From assembly GCF_006345805.1 (NCBI RefSeq), contig NC_042997.1, positions 23,312,001 to 23,376,000 of the forward strand: 64,000 nt of DNA, written 5' to 3'. Both the position numbers and the translations under genes were made by a program. The notes below the pieces were generated by a model. That model saw only the letters and a program-made list of their open reading frames with translations, had not been told where the DNA came from and did not search any database. Origin of the DNA: Octopus sinensis. Its lineage: Eukaryota. Of this stretch, positions 36,250 through 49,085 are shown piece after piece; positions within the stretch are counted from its first letter, which is position 1, and each line of letters opens with the position of its first letter.

Positions 36250-38760
36250 AGGAAGCAAGTAGATGGCTCTGCTTGATCTATAGAAAAGGTGGAGGCAGAA
36301 ATTCCAAAAGATGTACCCGTTGTAAGCTATGGCCACATAAAAGGTACAGCAATATCAGAGGAAGGTTAACAGGGAAAATAGCTTTTGTATGTGGAAGATG
36401 CACAGGTACAATAAACACTGAAAATGTACAGAAAATAGACCCCATCAACTTCCGGGTGGGTAAGCTAGAGGTAGTAGATAGCTTCTGTTATCTACTATAG
36501 CCTGGATGACTATGATGAATGAGAGGAGGCTGAGAACTGATCCCTGGTGAACTCCTACCTGTACACTGAATTCGTTGCTATACTTGTTGCTAATTTTCAC
36601 CTCACTAACAGCATCCCTCTACACGGCTTGTACAGTTCTCACCAACCACTCATCTATCCCTAGTTTCTACATTAACCACCAGATAATGGAGCAGGGGATC
36701 CTGTCAAAAGCTTTCTCCTTGTCAACAAAAGCCAGATACTGAGGTTTAAACGTGTATACAAGTACATATGTAAGCATATGGATATAAAGGTCAAAATGTA
36801 AACACTTCAAATAGATTGAATCTGTTAAACTTGATTATAGGAGTAGAATTAATGGTTTATAAAAAGGAAATAATGTCTGAGGTAGATGCAGGGAGAACAC
36901 AGAGGTCTGAAGGTGTAGAATTATAGAATCATGTGGTCATTATAGGGTAGCAGCTTCAATAATAGAGGAAAAATGGTTCCAGTATCAAATATGAGACTGG
37001 AATGATAAATGTCAACAAGTAAGAAGTACTTTATGAATAGCAGAATGACAAATCGATGAATTATGTTCATTTTGTAGAATCTTTACTGTATGAACTCAAG
37101 CATTTCAATAGAGAGAGGATGAAAGATTTTAAATGGGTAGAGTGATTCAGGTACAAATAGCAAGTCCATTCACGGGGAATTTAGAGTGTACTCTAAACTC
37201 ATGAATGCCTAAGTGTGTGTATGGTTGTACGTGTGTGTATGTGTGTTGTGTTCTATAATTGTCTGTGTATTTACCTCCATCTGTCCGTCTCTCTGTTATG
37301 CTTTTCCTCTCACTCTCTCTGAATATGTATATCTTTCATGCATACTGCTCCTCATCCCTGTCTTCATATGACACAGAATGCAAGTTATTTATTATAGTTA
37401 CCCCATTTATAAATAACAAATCGGGTCACTTTTTATATTTTCCATGCCTATGCAACTTAATAATTCACACTCGAGACCCCATAGCAAAAGTACGACATAA
37501 TGAACGTGAGAATCAGGCTAAGCTATATACGAAATATCCCTTAAATCAAGAAAGTGTAGTTGAAGGTAGCTTTTAATAACAGCTCATTTTTTACCTATAC
37601 ACAGAAACCTGTCTTGATCTAGAGGCCTTTCCATTGGGATAGAAATGATCTGAAACACAATACGGAAAAAACTTGAAATAAAGGTATTCTATTGTGAGAA
37701 TTTCCAGCAACAATGGGCTATTCAGCAAATATATATATATTACCTATTTCTTTACTACCCACAAGGTAGTAGAGGGGACAAACGGGTGCCAGTTTGCATG
37801 ACACCAATATCTGCCATGACTACGATTTCACTTGGCTTGATGGTTCTTCTTCTCAAGCATGTCATTTGTCATTGCCTCTGTGAGGCCCAGCGTATGGAAG
37901 TTGGTTTTTGCGTGTCACTGGCATGAGTGCTAGTTACATGACACCAGCATTAGCCACATTGCCTCCTTGAGGCCCAGCATTCCAGAAATATATATTTCTT
38001 TATTGCCCACAAGGAGCTAAGCATAGAGGGGACGAACAAGGACAGACAAAGGGATTAAGTCGATTACATCGACCCCAGTGCAAAACTGGTACTTTATTTA
38101 TCAACCACGAAAGAATGAAAGGCAAAGTCGACCGCGGCGGAATTTGAACAGTGTTTCTCCCTGGCACAAAACCAAACTGCATCTCATCTAGACTAGCTCC
38201 CTCCCCAATTAGTTGAGCCATGACCCTTGCCTGATTTTCATCACCTGATCCAACAATACCTCTAGTTGTTTCTATCTAAGGCATCACCTTTACCTTTGTA
38301 GCAGTTGACTGCTACACCAGTCATTGTGTATGACTCCTTCATGAACTACCTGATTTACAATGCAGGCGACAAGACCATAACCTATACTGCCCGATATTTT
38401 AAGCATCTCAGAGGTGATTCCTGATGGGCCAGATGCTTTCTCTGTCTTCATATCCTTAATTGCTTTATGTACCAGAGTACTGTCGATTCAGGTAGCTGGT
38501 CCCTCAATAGGGTCCACATTTGGTAGATTCTCCTCCCATTCATTTTTTTCATTTACCAACCATTCATAATGGTGTTTCCAAGCCTCTTTCTTTGCAGAAT
38601 CATTAAATGCAAGTATACCATCATCCATGCAGATACATTTCTCTCCTATGACATCAGGATTTTCTCTCACACACTGTTTTGCAATCCAAAACACTTCAAA
38701 TCTCTGGTCCACATGTTGCCGAACATTGGCAAACTTTTTCTAAATATACCTGCCTCCTAG
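36250..38760. mobile_element. Fragmented RTE LINE: 38150-38760(-), 36500-36740(-) and 36250-36490(+)
   Basis: Pieces read KEAWKHHYEWL, KASGPSGITSEML; LAFVDKEKAFD...VGVHQGSVLS; and CKLWPHKR...KLEVVDSFCYL. Confidence 0.75.
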
Positions 38761-38869
38761 CTTCCCTTCTGGCTGTCTGATACAATTCCCTGCTATCTCC
38801 ACACTCCCAGTCCTTCCAGGCCTGTTTCTTTGCCGTAATGGCTTTCTCTGCAGCATCATTCCAACACCA

Positions 38870-39073
38870 CAGGATTTATTCTTTGTAAGCCTAGTACTTA
38901 TTCTATGGAGTGTTTTGCCAAACGGCTGAATTACGGGGACGTAAACACAGCAACATCGGTTGTCAAGTGATGGTGGAGGTACAAACACACACACACACAC
39001 ATATATACACATACATATATATAAATATATATATACATATAAATATATATATACATATATATATATAAATATA

Positions 39074-39117
<44 letters not shown>

Positions 39118-39310
39118 TACGACAGGCTCTTTCAATTTCCGTCTACCAAATCCACTCAGAAGGCCGAGGGTATAGTATGCATTTATATTCGCACACACAC
39201 ACACACATATCCACTCAGTCAGCCCAAGGGTATAGTAGAAGACACTTGCCCAAGGTTCCACACAGTGGGACTGAACCCAGACCATGTCGTTCGTAAGCAA
39301 GCCACTCCTA
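38870..39310 (-). mobile_element. tRNA-derived SINE, rearranged, with expanded TA/CA microsatellite
   Basis: Body blocks present; the GGGTATAGTA segment is duplicated. Confidence 0.75.
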
Positions 39311-39408
39311 TGCTTACATATATACATATAAGCAAGCACTCCTATGCTTACATATATACATATATATATACATATATATACATATATATAACATATATAC
39401 ATATATAT

Positions 39409-39670
39409 AACGCGTATGGTTCAGTGCCACACAAATTACTAATAACAGCCATGGACCACTTCCACATTCCTGACAAAGTGATCAAAATAATGAGGATGTA
39501 CTATGAAAGTTTCGAAATGAGGTTTACAACTGGAAATTTTACAACAAATTGGCACCGATTGGAGGTTGGCATTGCTGCTGGCTGTACAATATCTGTCACG
39601 TGGTTTATCTTAGTCATGGAGTTGATTTTGAAAGGTGTAGATTTTTCGGAACAAATCGCCCATGTACAAT
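39409..39670 (+). mobile_element. RT fragment of an RLE-type non-LTR element (HERO/R4-like)
   Basis: NAYGSVPHKLL...NWHRLEVGIAAGCTISVTWFILVMELIL within ORF 39265-39708; abuts the 5' end of the RTE. Confidence 0.7.
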
Positions 39671-39674
39671 CGTC

Positions 39675-42600
39675 TCTATGTCAGGTCTCCGCTTGGAGCT
39701 ACTGGTAACATGTAACCCAGTACAACCTGTTACATGGTCGGGTCATTGGCGACTAAACTGGCAACCCCACCAAGATTTCTTGGTGAGGAGGGTGATTTGG
39801 ACACCCAGCAGGACTAAAAACAAAACCTGTCAAAGGGCAGAGGAACTCTCTCATGAGTCAATGGCCATCCAAAATCCGGAGTGGAGCCCCTAAGGCGGTT
39901 GGATTGCGCCATGCGTGCCACCTTCCGGTAGCTCCTGCATCTTGGTCTACCCCCAGTCGTCTTGACTTTGTCTTGCCACTGGATCCGGCGCACCAGGACG
40001 AGAGAGTGAGGCTGATCCTGCGCAAGTCACCCTCACTATAATCCAATTCATGTGCATGTCACGACATCATGACGTCATGACACCATCCCAAAGTCCTGTG
40101 GTGATGGGGAAACGGCGAAGTAGCAGGTGAGGATACACTGGGAGCTGCAGTCGTGAACCCACACACAGGCGGCTCAGGACATGTGGTCGCCCCTCACTGA
40201 ACTGAGGCAGCAGTGGAGTCTGGCAGCCTCCTGAGTGACCGAGCAGCCCTCTTCAGGATCGCTCTGCTCGCCTCCCCAGCATGAGGACGGGGCTAGAAAA
40301 GGTTGCCCTAAACATAGCCTGCCTCACCTCACCCTGGTCAGCAAACCGCGGCTGGCGGGGATCCTTTCCAAGCGATCGAAACAAAGAAAGAAGAAAACAA
40401 ACAAAGGTGCTCACTTTCGCAACTTGGAACGTGAGAACTCTGCTTGACAACACCAAAGCAGACAGACCAGTTCTCTGGTGGCCAGAGAACTGAGCCGATA
40501 CAATGTCGATATTGCAGCACTGAGCGAGACCCGCCTTGCGGACAAAGGCCAGCTGACAGAGACAGGCGGCGGCTACACTTTCTTTTGGAGTGGTCGCAGC
40601 AGCGAAGAGCGTCGTGAGGCTGGTGTTGGTTTTGCCATTAAGTCAGTACACGTGCGGAAACTGGAAAGCCCCCCCGAGGGTATCAACGATCGGCTGATGA
40701 AGATGCAGCTCCCACTTGGAAACAAGACTAGTGCGACCATCATCAGTGCTTACGCCCCCACCATGACCAAACCTGAAGAAGTTAAGGACAGGTTCTATGA
40801 GGAACTCGACTCCCTCATCACATCAGCCCAGCCTGGGAAGCTCATCCTCATTGGGGATTTTAACGCCCATGTCGGGACTGACCACCAAGCCTGGCATCGC
40901 GTACTGGGAAAGCAAGGAATCGGAAAGTCCAACAGCAACGGACAGCTCCTCCTGCGTGCGTGTGCCTCTCATGATCTTACCATCGCCAACACCTTGTTCC
41001 GTCTGCCAACACGCAACAAGACATCATGGATGCATCCACGCTCCAAACACTGGCATCTGATAGATTACGTCATCGTCAGGGCGAAAGACAGGCGGGACGT
41101 GAGACTGGTCAAAGCCATGTGCAGAGCTGACTGCTGGACGGACCATCGCCTCATCATCTCCAGGATGGATTTCTACATCCGACCTAAGAGAAGACCACAG
41201 GGTCAGAAAGTGATGAGGAAGCTTAACATCACGAAATTAAAGAACCAGCTGACTGCACAAGATCTCCAGTCACGTATGGACAGCAAGCTGTTGGACATTC
41301 GGAGTGACCAGTCCAGCATCGATGAGCAGTGGGAATCATTCAGAGACACGGTTCACTCCATCGCCCTTGAAACTCTGGGCCAAGTTACGAGGAACCACCA
41401 GGACTGGTTCGACGAAAACGACCAGGAAATCCAAAAGCTCCTGGAAGAGAAACGCCGTCTGCTGCGGGCTCACCAAAATGACACCACCTGCACGGCAAAG
41501 AAGGCCGCTTTCAACAACATTCGCAGCACAGTCCAGGCTAAACTCCGCCTCATGCAAGACGCATGGTTAAGCGCCAAGGCGGATGAGATTCAGGGATACG
41601 CAGACAACACGACACCAAGAAATTCTACGAGGCGCTGAAAGCTGTCTATGGACCGCAGTTCTCCTTTGGATCAACCCCCCTGCTCAGCTCGGATGGAACC
41701 TCACTCCTGACTAACAAGAGGCTGATCCTGGAGAGATGGGCGGAGCATTTCAACATCGTGCTCAACCGACCAGCCCAGATCAACGAGGAAGCCATCGCAC
41801 AACTCCCCCAGGTGCCGACAAACCACGAGTTGGCTGTTCCCCCTGCAGTCGAGGAAGTGAGCAGAGCCATCAAAAAAATGTCCACCGGCAAAGCTCCAGG
41901 CTCTGACGCCATCCCTGCAGAGGTGTTCAGGTCGGGCGGCCTCACCATGATCAGTCAGCTCACCAGCCTGTTCCAATCGATGTGGGACAGGGAACAACTC
42001 CCTCAAGATTTCCGGGATGCAACAATCGTCCACATTTATAAGCGGAAAGGAGATCGGCAGTCCTGCGACAACCACCGAGGTATCTCCCTCTTGTCCATAG
42101 CAGGCAAGATCCTGGCCCGGGTCCTGCTTGACCACCTTCTGGAACACTTGGAGCAAGGCCTTCTCCCTGAGAGCCAGTGTGGCTTCCGTGCGGGTCGAGG
42201 GACCACTGACATGATATTCGCCGCCCGCCAGCTCCAAGAGAAATGCATGGAGCAGCACCTTGACCTCTGCATGACCTTTGTTGACCTCACCAAGGCCTTT
42301 GATACAGTCAGTCGGGAGGGACTATGGAAGGTCATGGGAAAATTTGGTTGCCCCAGCAAATTTATTGCAATTGTCCGCCAGTTCCACGACGGAATGACAG
42401 CCAGAGTCCTTGAAGACGGCAACTCATCTGAAGCCTTCCAAGTGACCAACGGAGTCAGGCAGGGCTGTGTCCTGGCCCCAACACTGTTCAGCATCATGTT
42501 CTCGGCAATGCTGTCCGACGCTTTAGGGACTGCAAGTCCGGTATCGACATCAAGTACAGGACAGACGGGAAACTTTTCAACTCCAGAAGATTGCAGGCTG

Positions 42601-43645
42601 TCACAAAGGTGAGGGAGACAGTCGTCAGAGACTTTCTCTTTGCTGACGACTGCGCCCTTAATGCAATCGATGAGCAGGAGATGCAGCTCGAGATGGACAG
42701 GTTCTCATCAGCCTGTGACAACTTCGGTCTCACCATCAGTGCCAAGAAAACCGAAGTGATGTTTCAGCCAGCCCCCGGCAAACAATACCATGAGCCTCAG
42801 ATAAGGGTGAACGGACGGATCCTATGAGTGGTGGAAAACTTCACCTACCTGGGCAGCACTCTCTCCTGCAATGCCAACATAGATGCTGAAACCATCAACA
42901 GAATCTCCAAGGCAAGCAGCGCGTTTGGGAGACTGCGAAAGAAAGTCTGGGGGCGGAGAGGAATCAGCCTCAACACCAAGCTGAAAGTCTACTGGGCAGT
43001 CGTGCTTACCACCCTACTATACGGCTGCGAGACATGGACTGCTTACCGAAGGCACGAGCGCCAGATAAACCACTTCCATCTCAGGTGTCTTCAGAACCTC
43101 CTTCACATCCACTGGCAGGACAAAGTCCCAGACACGGAAGTTCTGAAGCAGGCAGATCTCCCTAGCACCATCACAATCATGCACAAGGCCCAGCTGAGAT
43201 GGGCGGGCCACGTCTCCCGCATGTCCGACACTCGCATCCCAAAACAGCTCTTCTATGGTGAACTCGGCCAGGGCAGGCGCAAAGTCGGAGGGCAGAAGAA
43301 GCGCTACAAGGATAGTCTCAAGGTCTCTCTCAAAGACTTCTCCATCGGAACAGAGACCTGGGAGACACTTGCTGCCAACCGCTCATCCTGGCGCAGCGCA
43401 ATCACCGTGGGAGCAGGGACAGCCGAGGAGGGACGGATTCGGTCAGCGGAGCAGAAACGTCAGATGCGTAAAGCCAGAGCCGCCTGCACCAGTAGCACGG
43501 CCCCTACCCACTTCTGCCCCACCTGTGGGAGGGGCTTCCTTGCCCGGATTGGCCTCACCAGCCACCTCAGGTCTCATGGTGGCAGTTCCATCAGATGATG
43601 TCAGTTGGTCATCTTCGAACAGAAGGACGAACATTATTATTATTA
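39675..43645 (+). mobile_element. Near-full-length RTE-clade LINE (AP endonuclease + RT + C-terminal C2H2-like knuckle) with a few inactivating lesions
   Basis: ORFs 40478-41638 (WNVRTL, SETR, SAYAPT, GDFNAH, HLIDY, TDH), 41758-42612 (YKRKGDR..NHRGISLL, ESQCGFR, FVDLTKAFD, GVRQG), FLFADD at about 42635, and 42828-43598 ending CPTCGRGFLARIGLTSHLRSH. GC-rich 5' region; (ATT)n tail. The 5' boundary is approximate. Confidence 0.95.
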
Positions 43646-43659
43646 TTATTATTATTATA

Positions 43660-43704
<45 letters not shown>

Positions 43705-43765
43705 AGAGAGAGAGAGAAAGAGAGAGAGAGAGAACAATAAGAAAATGGAGGGGATCAATAGGTGA

Positions 43766-44165
43766 TTCTCTTTTACTCTTTCTCTTTTACTTGTTTCAGT
43801 CATTTAACTGCAGCCATGCTGGAGCACTGCCTTTAGTTGAGCAAATCAACCCCAGGACTTATTCTTTGTAAGCCCAGTACTTATTCTATCGGTCTCTTTT
43901 GCCGAACCGCTAAGTGACAGGGACGTAAACACACCAGCATCGGTCGTCAAGCAATGCTAGTGGGACAAACACAGACACACAAACACATACATGCATACAT
44001 ATATATATATACATATATACGACAGGCTTCTTTCAGTTTCCGTCTACCAAATCCACTCACAAGGCATTGGTCGGCCCGGGGCTATAGCAGAAGACACTTG
44101 CCCGAGATGCCACGCAGTGGGACTGAACCCGGAACCATGTGGTTGGTTAGCAAGCTATTTACCAC
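43766..44165 (-). mobile_element. tRNA-derived SINE (same family)
   Basis: Near-full-length match; lies inside the hairpin MITE. Confidence 0.9.
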
Positions 44166-44227
44166 TAGATATTATATTATGTCAACTTATTTATTTATTT
44201 ACTAAAATGATAATTACAAGAATATAC

Positions 44228-44490
44228 ATACATGTCGCTAGAAGCTAGGATCACCAAGCATAGATTGGCATATTTCGGTCATATTATGCGGAGAAAACCT
44301 CTAGAGAAGGATATCATGCTCGGAATGGTCAGTGGCAAGAGAGGAAGAGGCCGACCAAGAACCCACTGGCTTGACACCATCAAGAGTGATACCGGAATGG
44401 ACATAGCCAATCTGAAAGAAGCGGCCCAGGATAGAACTGACTGGAGGACAATGATCCAACGAGGAATCGACTTCGACTTCGACTGAGCGG
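44228..44490 (+). mobile_element. 3' fragment of a BovB-like RTE
   Basis: SLEARITKHRLAYFGHIMRRKPLEKDIMLGMVSGKRGRGRPRTHWLD..DRTDWR. Confidence 0.8.
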
Positions 44491-45076
44491 ATAGATAGAT
44501 AGATAGATAACATATGCTTTACATATAAAACATATTAATATATAAAGATACCAGTAATTATTAAAATATAACATACAGGAATATAAATTGAGAAAAAATT
44601 ATTCCTGTATGTTATACTTTAATAATTACTGGTATCTTTATATATTAATATGTTTTATATGTAAAGCATAATATGTTATACATGTATGTATATTCTTGTA
44701 ATTGTCATTTTAGTAAATGAATAAATAAGTTAACATAATATAATGTCTAAAAATTGATGAACTACCTATTGATCCCCTCCATTTTCTTATTGCCCTATAA
44801 ATTAATGGTAAAATATCTCTTTACCTTCACTTCTCTTTAGTACACTCAGTAATGTAATTGCAATGCAATAAAAAACACTAGCGTATTAATAATTTGGCAT
44901 TTTACCAGCAGTATATTGGATAGATAATATCCCTTAGTGGGTTGGATTCACAACCTCTAACTTTCTTGGAAGTGTGTGTGTGTGTATTTCTGTATATCTA
45001 TGTATATTTCACACACACATTCTCTCTCTCTCACTGTATTTATCTCTCAACAATAATCTCTCATTGTAGTGAATAT

Positions 45077-45138
<62 letters not shown>

Positions 45139-45499
45139 ATACATACACACACACACACAGTGTATTGCACTAGTATTACATGGGCTAGCAATGGCAGATC
45201 AAAGAATATATACAACAGGAGAGACAGAATGTTAATTTTATACCAGTGCTTTTTTATACTATCACTACATTTGATCATACACATTGTTTATTTCAACAGG
45301 ATAATTTTTAAGGTTGTGAGCCAATATAGCCTCATTGAAATTAGGTTACTTGCTGCTTCCCTCCCTCCCTCCCCACCCTCTCTCTCTCTAATTATCATTA
45401 TAATGTAATGATGCTATGTTCTCACAAAAACAAAAAGAAAATTTTTTTTGCCTTTCTGTTTTTGTACACACACACACCAGTCCACAAACATATTTTTTG

Positions 45500-46478
45500 T
45501 TGGTTCACTAGTTGCTTTTCTCTGTTTCTCATCGTTTTGCTTCTATTCGTTTCCCTTTTCTCTGTGACAGGCATTTCGAACAAACATGTCCAGACCGAGT
45601 TTGCCTTCATTCACTGGAGATGCGACCCTTTGGTTTGCTCAAGTTGAGGCCCACTTTGTCGTTCATGCCGTCTCTCCCACTCAGCAGTTAGACCTCCTCT
45701 ACTGTAGTTTGCCTTCTCAACTCGCCACATCTGCTAGGGATCTCATAACGAATCCCAGCCCAGACGCCACCTATGCATCAGTAAAAGCAGAAATTCTTCG
45801 ACGCAACACGCAGTCGGAAGAATGTAAATTCAATGAGCTCATGGCGGATGAGCAGCTAAACGACAGAACACCCTCACAATTCCTGCGTCATTTAAGGGAG
45901 TTAAGCGGGAACTCCTCAGACGCGCCTCTGCTTCGCAAGATATTCTTCTCCAGGTTGCCTGCCAACGTTCAGACAATTTTGGCCACAGCCCTTGAGTCCA
46001 ACACTGTGGACCAAATTGCCACGATGGCCGATAAAATCTTGGATATTTCTGGCCAGCCTTCGTCGCATGGCTTGTGCGTTTGCACCGAGACCCCTCCAAC
46101 AGCCTCAGTTTCAGCCTCTTCTCTGACACATAACTCGTTATCAGATAAGATAGACACGCTAACACGACGCATGGATGAGCTATGCCGAGAAAATAGGCAT
46201 CGTTCGCGTAGTCGGAGTCGGAGTCGCTCTGTTTCTCGTTCCTCTGGGCCGCGTTCCGGCTTGTGCTGGTACCACTTATAATTTGTCGATAAAGCAAACA
46301 AGTGTATCCAGCCGTGCAATTTCAAATCTTCGTTAAACTAAATCCGGAGAAGTTGAGCACGGCACCTTCTTCCTTTTCTCTTTCTGCTAATCGTGCATTC
46401 TTTGTAAAAGATCTGGTGTCGAAGAAATTCTTCATGGTAGACACTGGTTCTTGTTGTAGCATTTGGCCTCTTCGTCTC
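45500..46478 (+). mobile_element. Ty3/Gypsy gag plus start of protease (truncated, no LTR recognised)
   Basis: ORF 45586-46281: LWFAQVEAHF, RTPSQFLRHLREL, FFSRLPANVQTIL, MADKI, CWYH-stop-...KC..PC. Then FFVKD..FMVDTGSCCSIWP (aspartic protease DTG). Confidence 0.85.
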
Positions 46479-47150
46479 ATGGAATTCAAGGTCTTGCTTG
46501 TTATAGATAATGCTAGTGGTCACTCTTTGGATTTGAATCATAAGGGAGTCCAAGTCGAGTTCCTTCCTGCTAACACCATCTCATTCAGCCTATGAATCAA
46601 GACATGATCCTTGCCTTCTAGGCACTTTACACGTGGAACTCTCTCCAAAACCTTGTGGATGCAATGGATTCAGACAAAAATTTCAAGTTAAAGGAGTACT
46701 GGCGTAAGTTCACGATCGCAATGTACTTGTCAGTCATCCACGCTGCTCTTAAAGACATTAAAAAAGAAACCCTCATCGCATGCTGGAAGAAGATGTGGCC
46801 AGAGTATGTCCAGGACTATGAGGGCTTCTCACCTGAAGACATTCAGCATAAGGCTGTCAACAATGAAGTAAAACTGACAAAGGTACTTGGTGGCGAAGGT
46901 CTTGATGACATCACACAAGATGAGATCAACTACCTCATCGATGCCTAATCTGAAACCCTAACAGGCGAAGATTTGTTGGAGTTAACTAAGTCTGTCAGCG
47001 AAGATGTGGAGGAAGCACCAGATCCAGAAGAAGAGAAGGATGAGTTGGGCCTGACAATTGAACGTCTGTCAACCTTATAAAAATAGCAAAGCAATTGCAA
47101 GGTAAGACAGAAGCACTGGATCCCTATATCGTTCAGTCTCTTCAATTTAA
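46479..47150 (+). mobile_element. Tigger/pogo DDE transposase C-terminal fragment
   Basis: FKVLLVIDNASGH..VEFLPANT, LKEYWRKFTI, ACWKKMWPE, LGGEGLDDIT.DEI..LID. Confidence 0.85.
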
Positions 47151-47229
47151 AAATGGCATTTTCATACCAAAGTTTACCTAGTTAAATCAAAACCAGTAAA
47201 TTTTATTTTTCAAAAATACTTTTTCATAT

Positions 47230-48919
47230 ATTTTTCTGATTTTTAAAATAACATTTGATATATTATACAAACTTTACTTTCTCCGTCTCTGACGAGCAGA
47301 AGTATTGTTTATCAATGGATTCCATTATAATGACAAAACTTTCGTGAAACAATCGTAAGATACATTAATTACTAAACTTTTAAACTGTCATATTTCATAT
47401 ATTTACATATATTTTTAATACAATACTATTTTAGACACATACCTTTGTGAGGAATTTTTTTGATATTAAATTTCATGCTATTATTTCAAAATACATTATA
47501 TTTATATATCATTTATACTATTATATGGTTGAATGCTACGCATCCATCTCCAAAAACGTTTTATCTTAGTAATTTCAATGCGACACTTATTCTATCACTT
47601 TCTGTTTATCTTTCCCTCTCCCCTTTCTTTTCTTCTCTCTTCCTTTCTCTAATTCTTTTCCTCTCCTCTTTGCCATTCTTTGTCTGTCCCTCTCTCTCCC
47701 TCACTCTTCTGCCTTTGCTCTCTCATTGCTCGCACATGACCATCGGCCATATTTCTTTCTTTCTTTCTGATCAGCTGCAGGGATAAGTTGCATTCTTGTC
47801 TGTCTCCTACCAGAGCTTGTTTCTTCCCCGTTCACCAACTCACCTCGTTCTAGATTTACAGCCCTTCCTGTTTGTTTACACTGTCCTGTTTTTGTTACCA
47901 ACTTTGACCCTCTGCAAAAATCCCAAATTTTATTTAATTTGTTTTGCAGGAGCAACTGTCTTGTCGAAAACATATCTTGTCATGAATTACTCAAATTGTG
48001 AAGTAGAAAAATAGTTGACAACTGACGAAGGTCGTTTTTTATGTTGCTTGTCTTGCTTTCCATTTGCTTCTTTCATTGCTATATATATACACATCATCAT
48101 TGATCTGTGCATTGTACTGCAGTCTCTAAACCTCGTTCAGCAGTAGAAGCATTTCTTGTTCAGCATGCTGAGCGTTGCTTGTTGCTCTGGGCAGCTCATT
48201 GCACAGCAATATGTGCTAAGCAATCACAACATTGCTCTTCACTTTCCCTTCTTCGCGCTGAAACCATCCTAAGTGCATTGAGAGAATTCCTTCTGGCAGC
48301 GTCCTTGGCAGATTCATTTGCATGCATACGTTTACTTTTCTTTGCAGTATTTGTTTGTCGACCTATATTGGATCTTTTGTGTCGAGGCACAGTGGAAAAT
48401 TATCGGTTTACACAATAGAAAATGTCCTAAAGAAAAAGTGGTGAATGTGTAGCACCCCAAAAATAGTAAAATGCAGTTGGCAAAAATGTTAATCAAACAA
48501 ACCAAATTAGGGATTTTTAATTTTGGGTAAGAGCTTTAAAGTAGCTAGTTTAAATTGGAATAATTATATGAGAAAGAGCGCTCACATGAAAACAGAGCAA
48601 ATGAATACTGCTGGTAGTACTGTGCAAACAGTCGATAAGAGCTTGTCACAGCTGATAAAGTAAAGTATTGATTTTTTTTGCAGCTGAGCGTGTGTCACAT
48701 TTTTATGCTGGCTCAAGTCAAATCCTAAGCGAATTGAGAGTAGTCTATTTATGTTGGGGGTGCGGAATTTTGAGGAAAAAATTATAAGTAAAAGCATCCT
48801 AAGTCAAAGAGAGCACACAGGTAAAATTTGGTGAAATTCGGTTGAAAATTGTAGGAGTAGAAGTGGTTCACACAACACACACACAGACAGACAACTTTCT
48901 TTTTAATATATAAGATAGA
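47230..48919 (-). mobile_element. Helitron derivative carrying the start of a RepHel-type ORF (3' end not located)
   Basis: A|TCTATCTTATATATTAAAAAAG 5' end. ORF 48196-48390 MPRHKRSNIGRQT...ARRRESEEQ resembles Helitron RepHel N-termini. Confidence 0.55.
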
Positions 48920-48949
48920 TATATATGTATATATATATGTGTGTGTGTA

Positions 48950-49010
<61 letters not shown>

Positions 49011-49085
49011 GATATATATGTATATATATATATATATAATATATATATATATTATCATCATCATCATCATCATCATCATCATCGT
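48920..49085. repeat. Compound (TA)n/(TG)n/(CAT)n microsatellite (one of many in the window)
   Basis: Direct inspection. Similar tracts at 1910-1945, 27095-27158, 38990-39120, 43635-43735 and 45080-45160. Confidence 0.9.

Larger units (their letters stand above)
43736..44772. mobile_element. AT-rich hairpin MITE whose left arm is split by a SINE and an RTE fragment
   Basis: The right arm (44599-44772) is mirrored piecewise by 44505-44582, 44166-44235 and 43736-43763. Confidence 0.85.

Noticed and set aside
36250-36740. Twin-priming inversion
   Set aside because: The pieces converge rather than diverge, which does not fit twin-priming geometry.
38740-39402. 220-aa ORF and similar YI/CV/HT-rich ORFs
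   Set aside because: Translations of (TA)n/(CA)n microsatellites within SINEs.
41646-42745. Antisense ORFs within the RTE (41701-42258, 42036-42497, etc.)
   Set aside because: Expected by-product of GC-rich coding sequence on the other strand.
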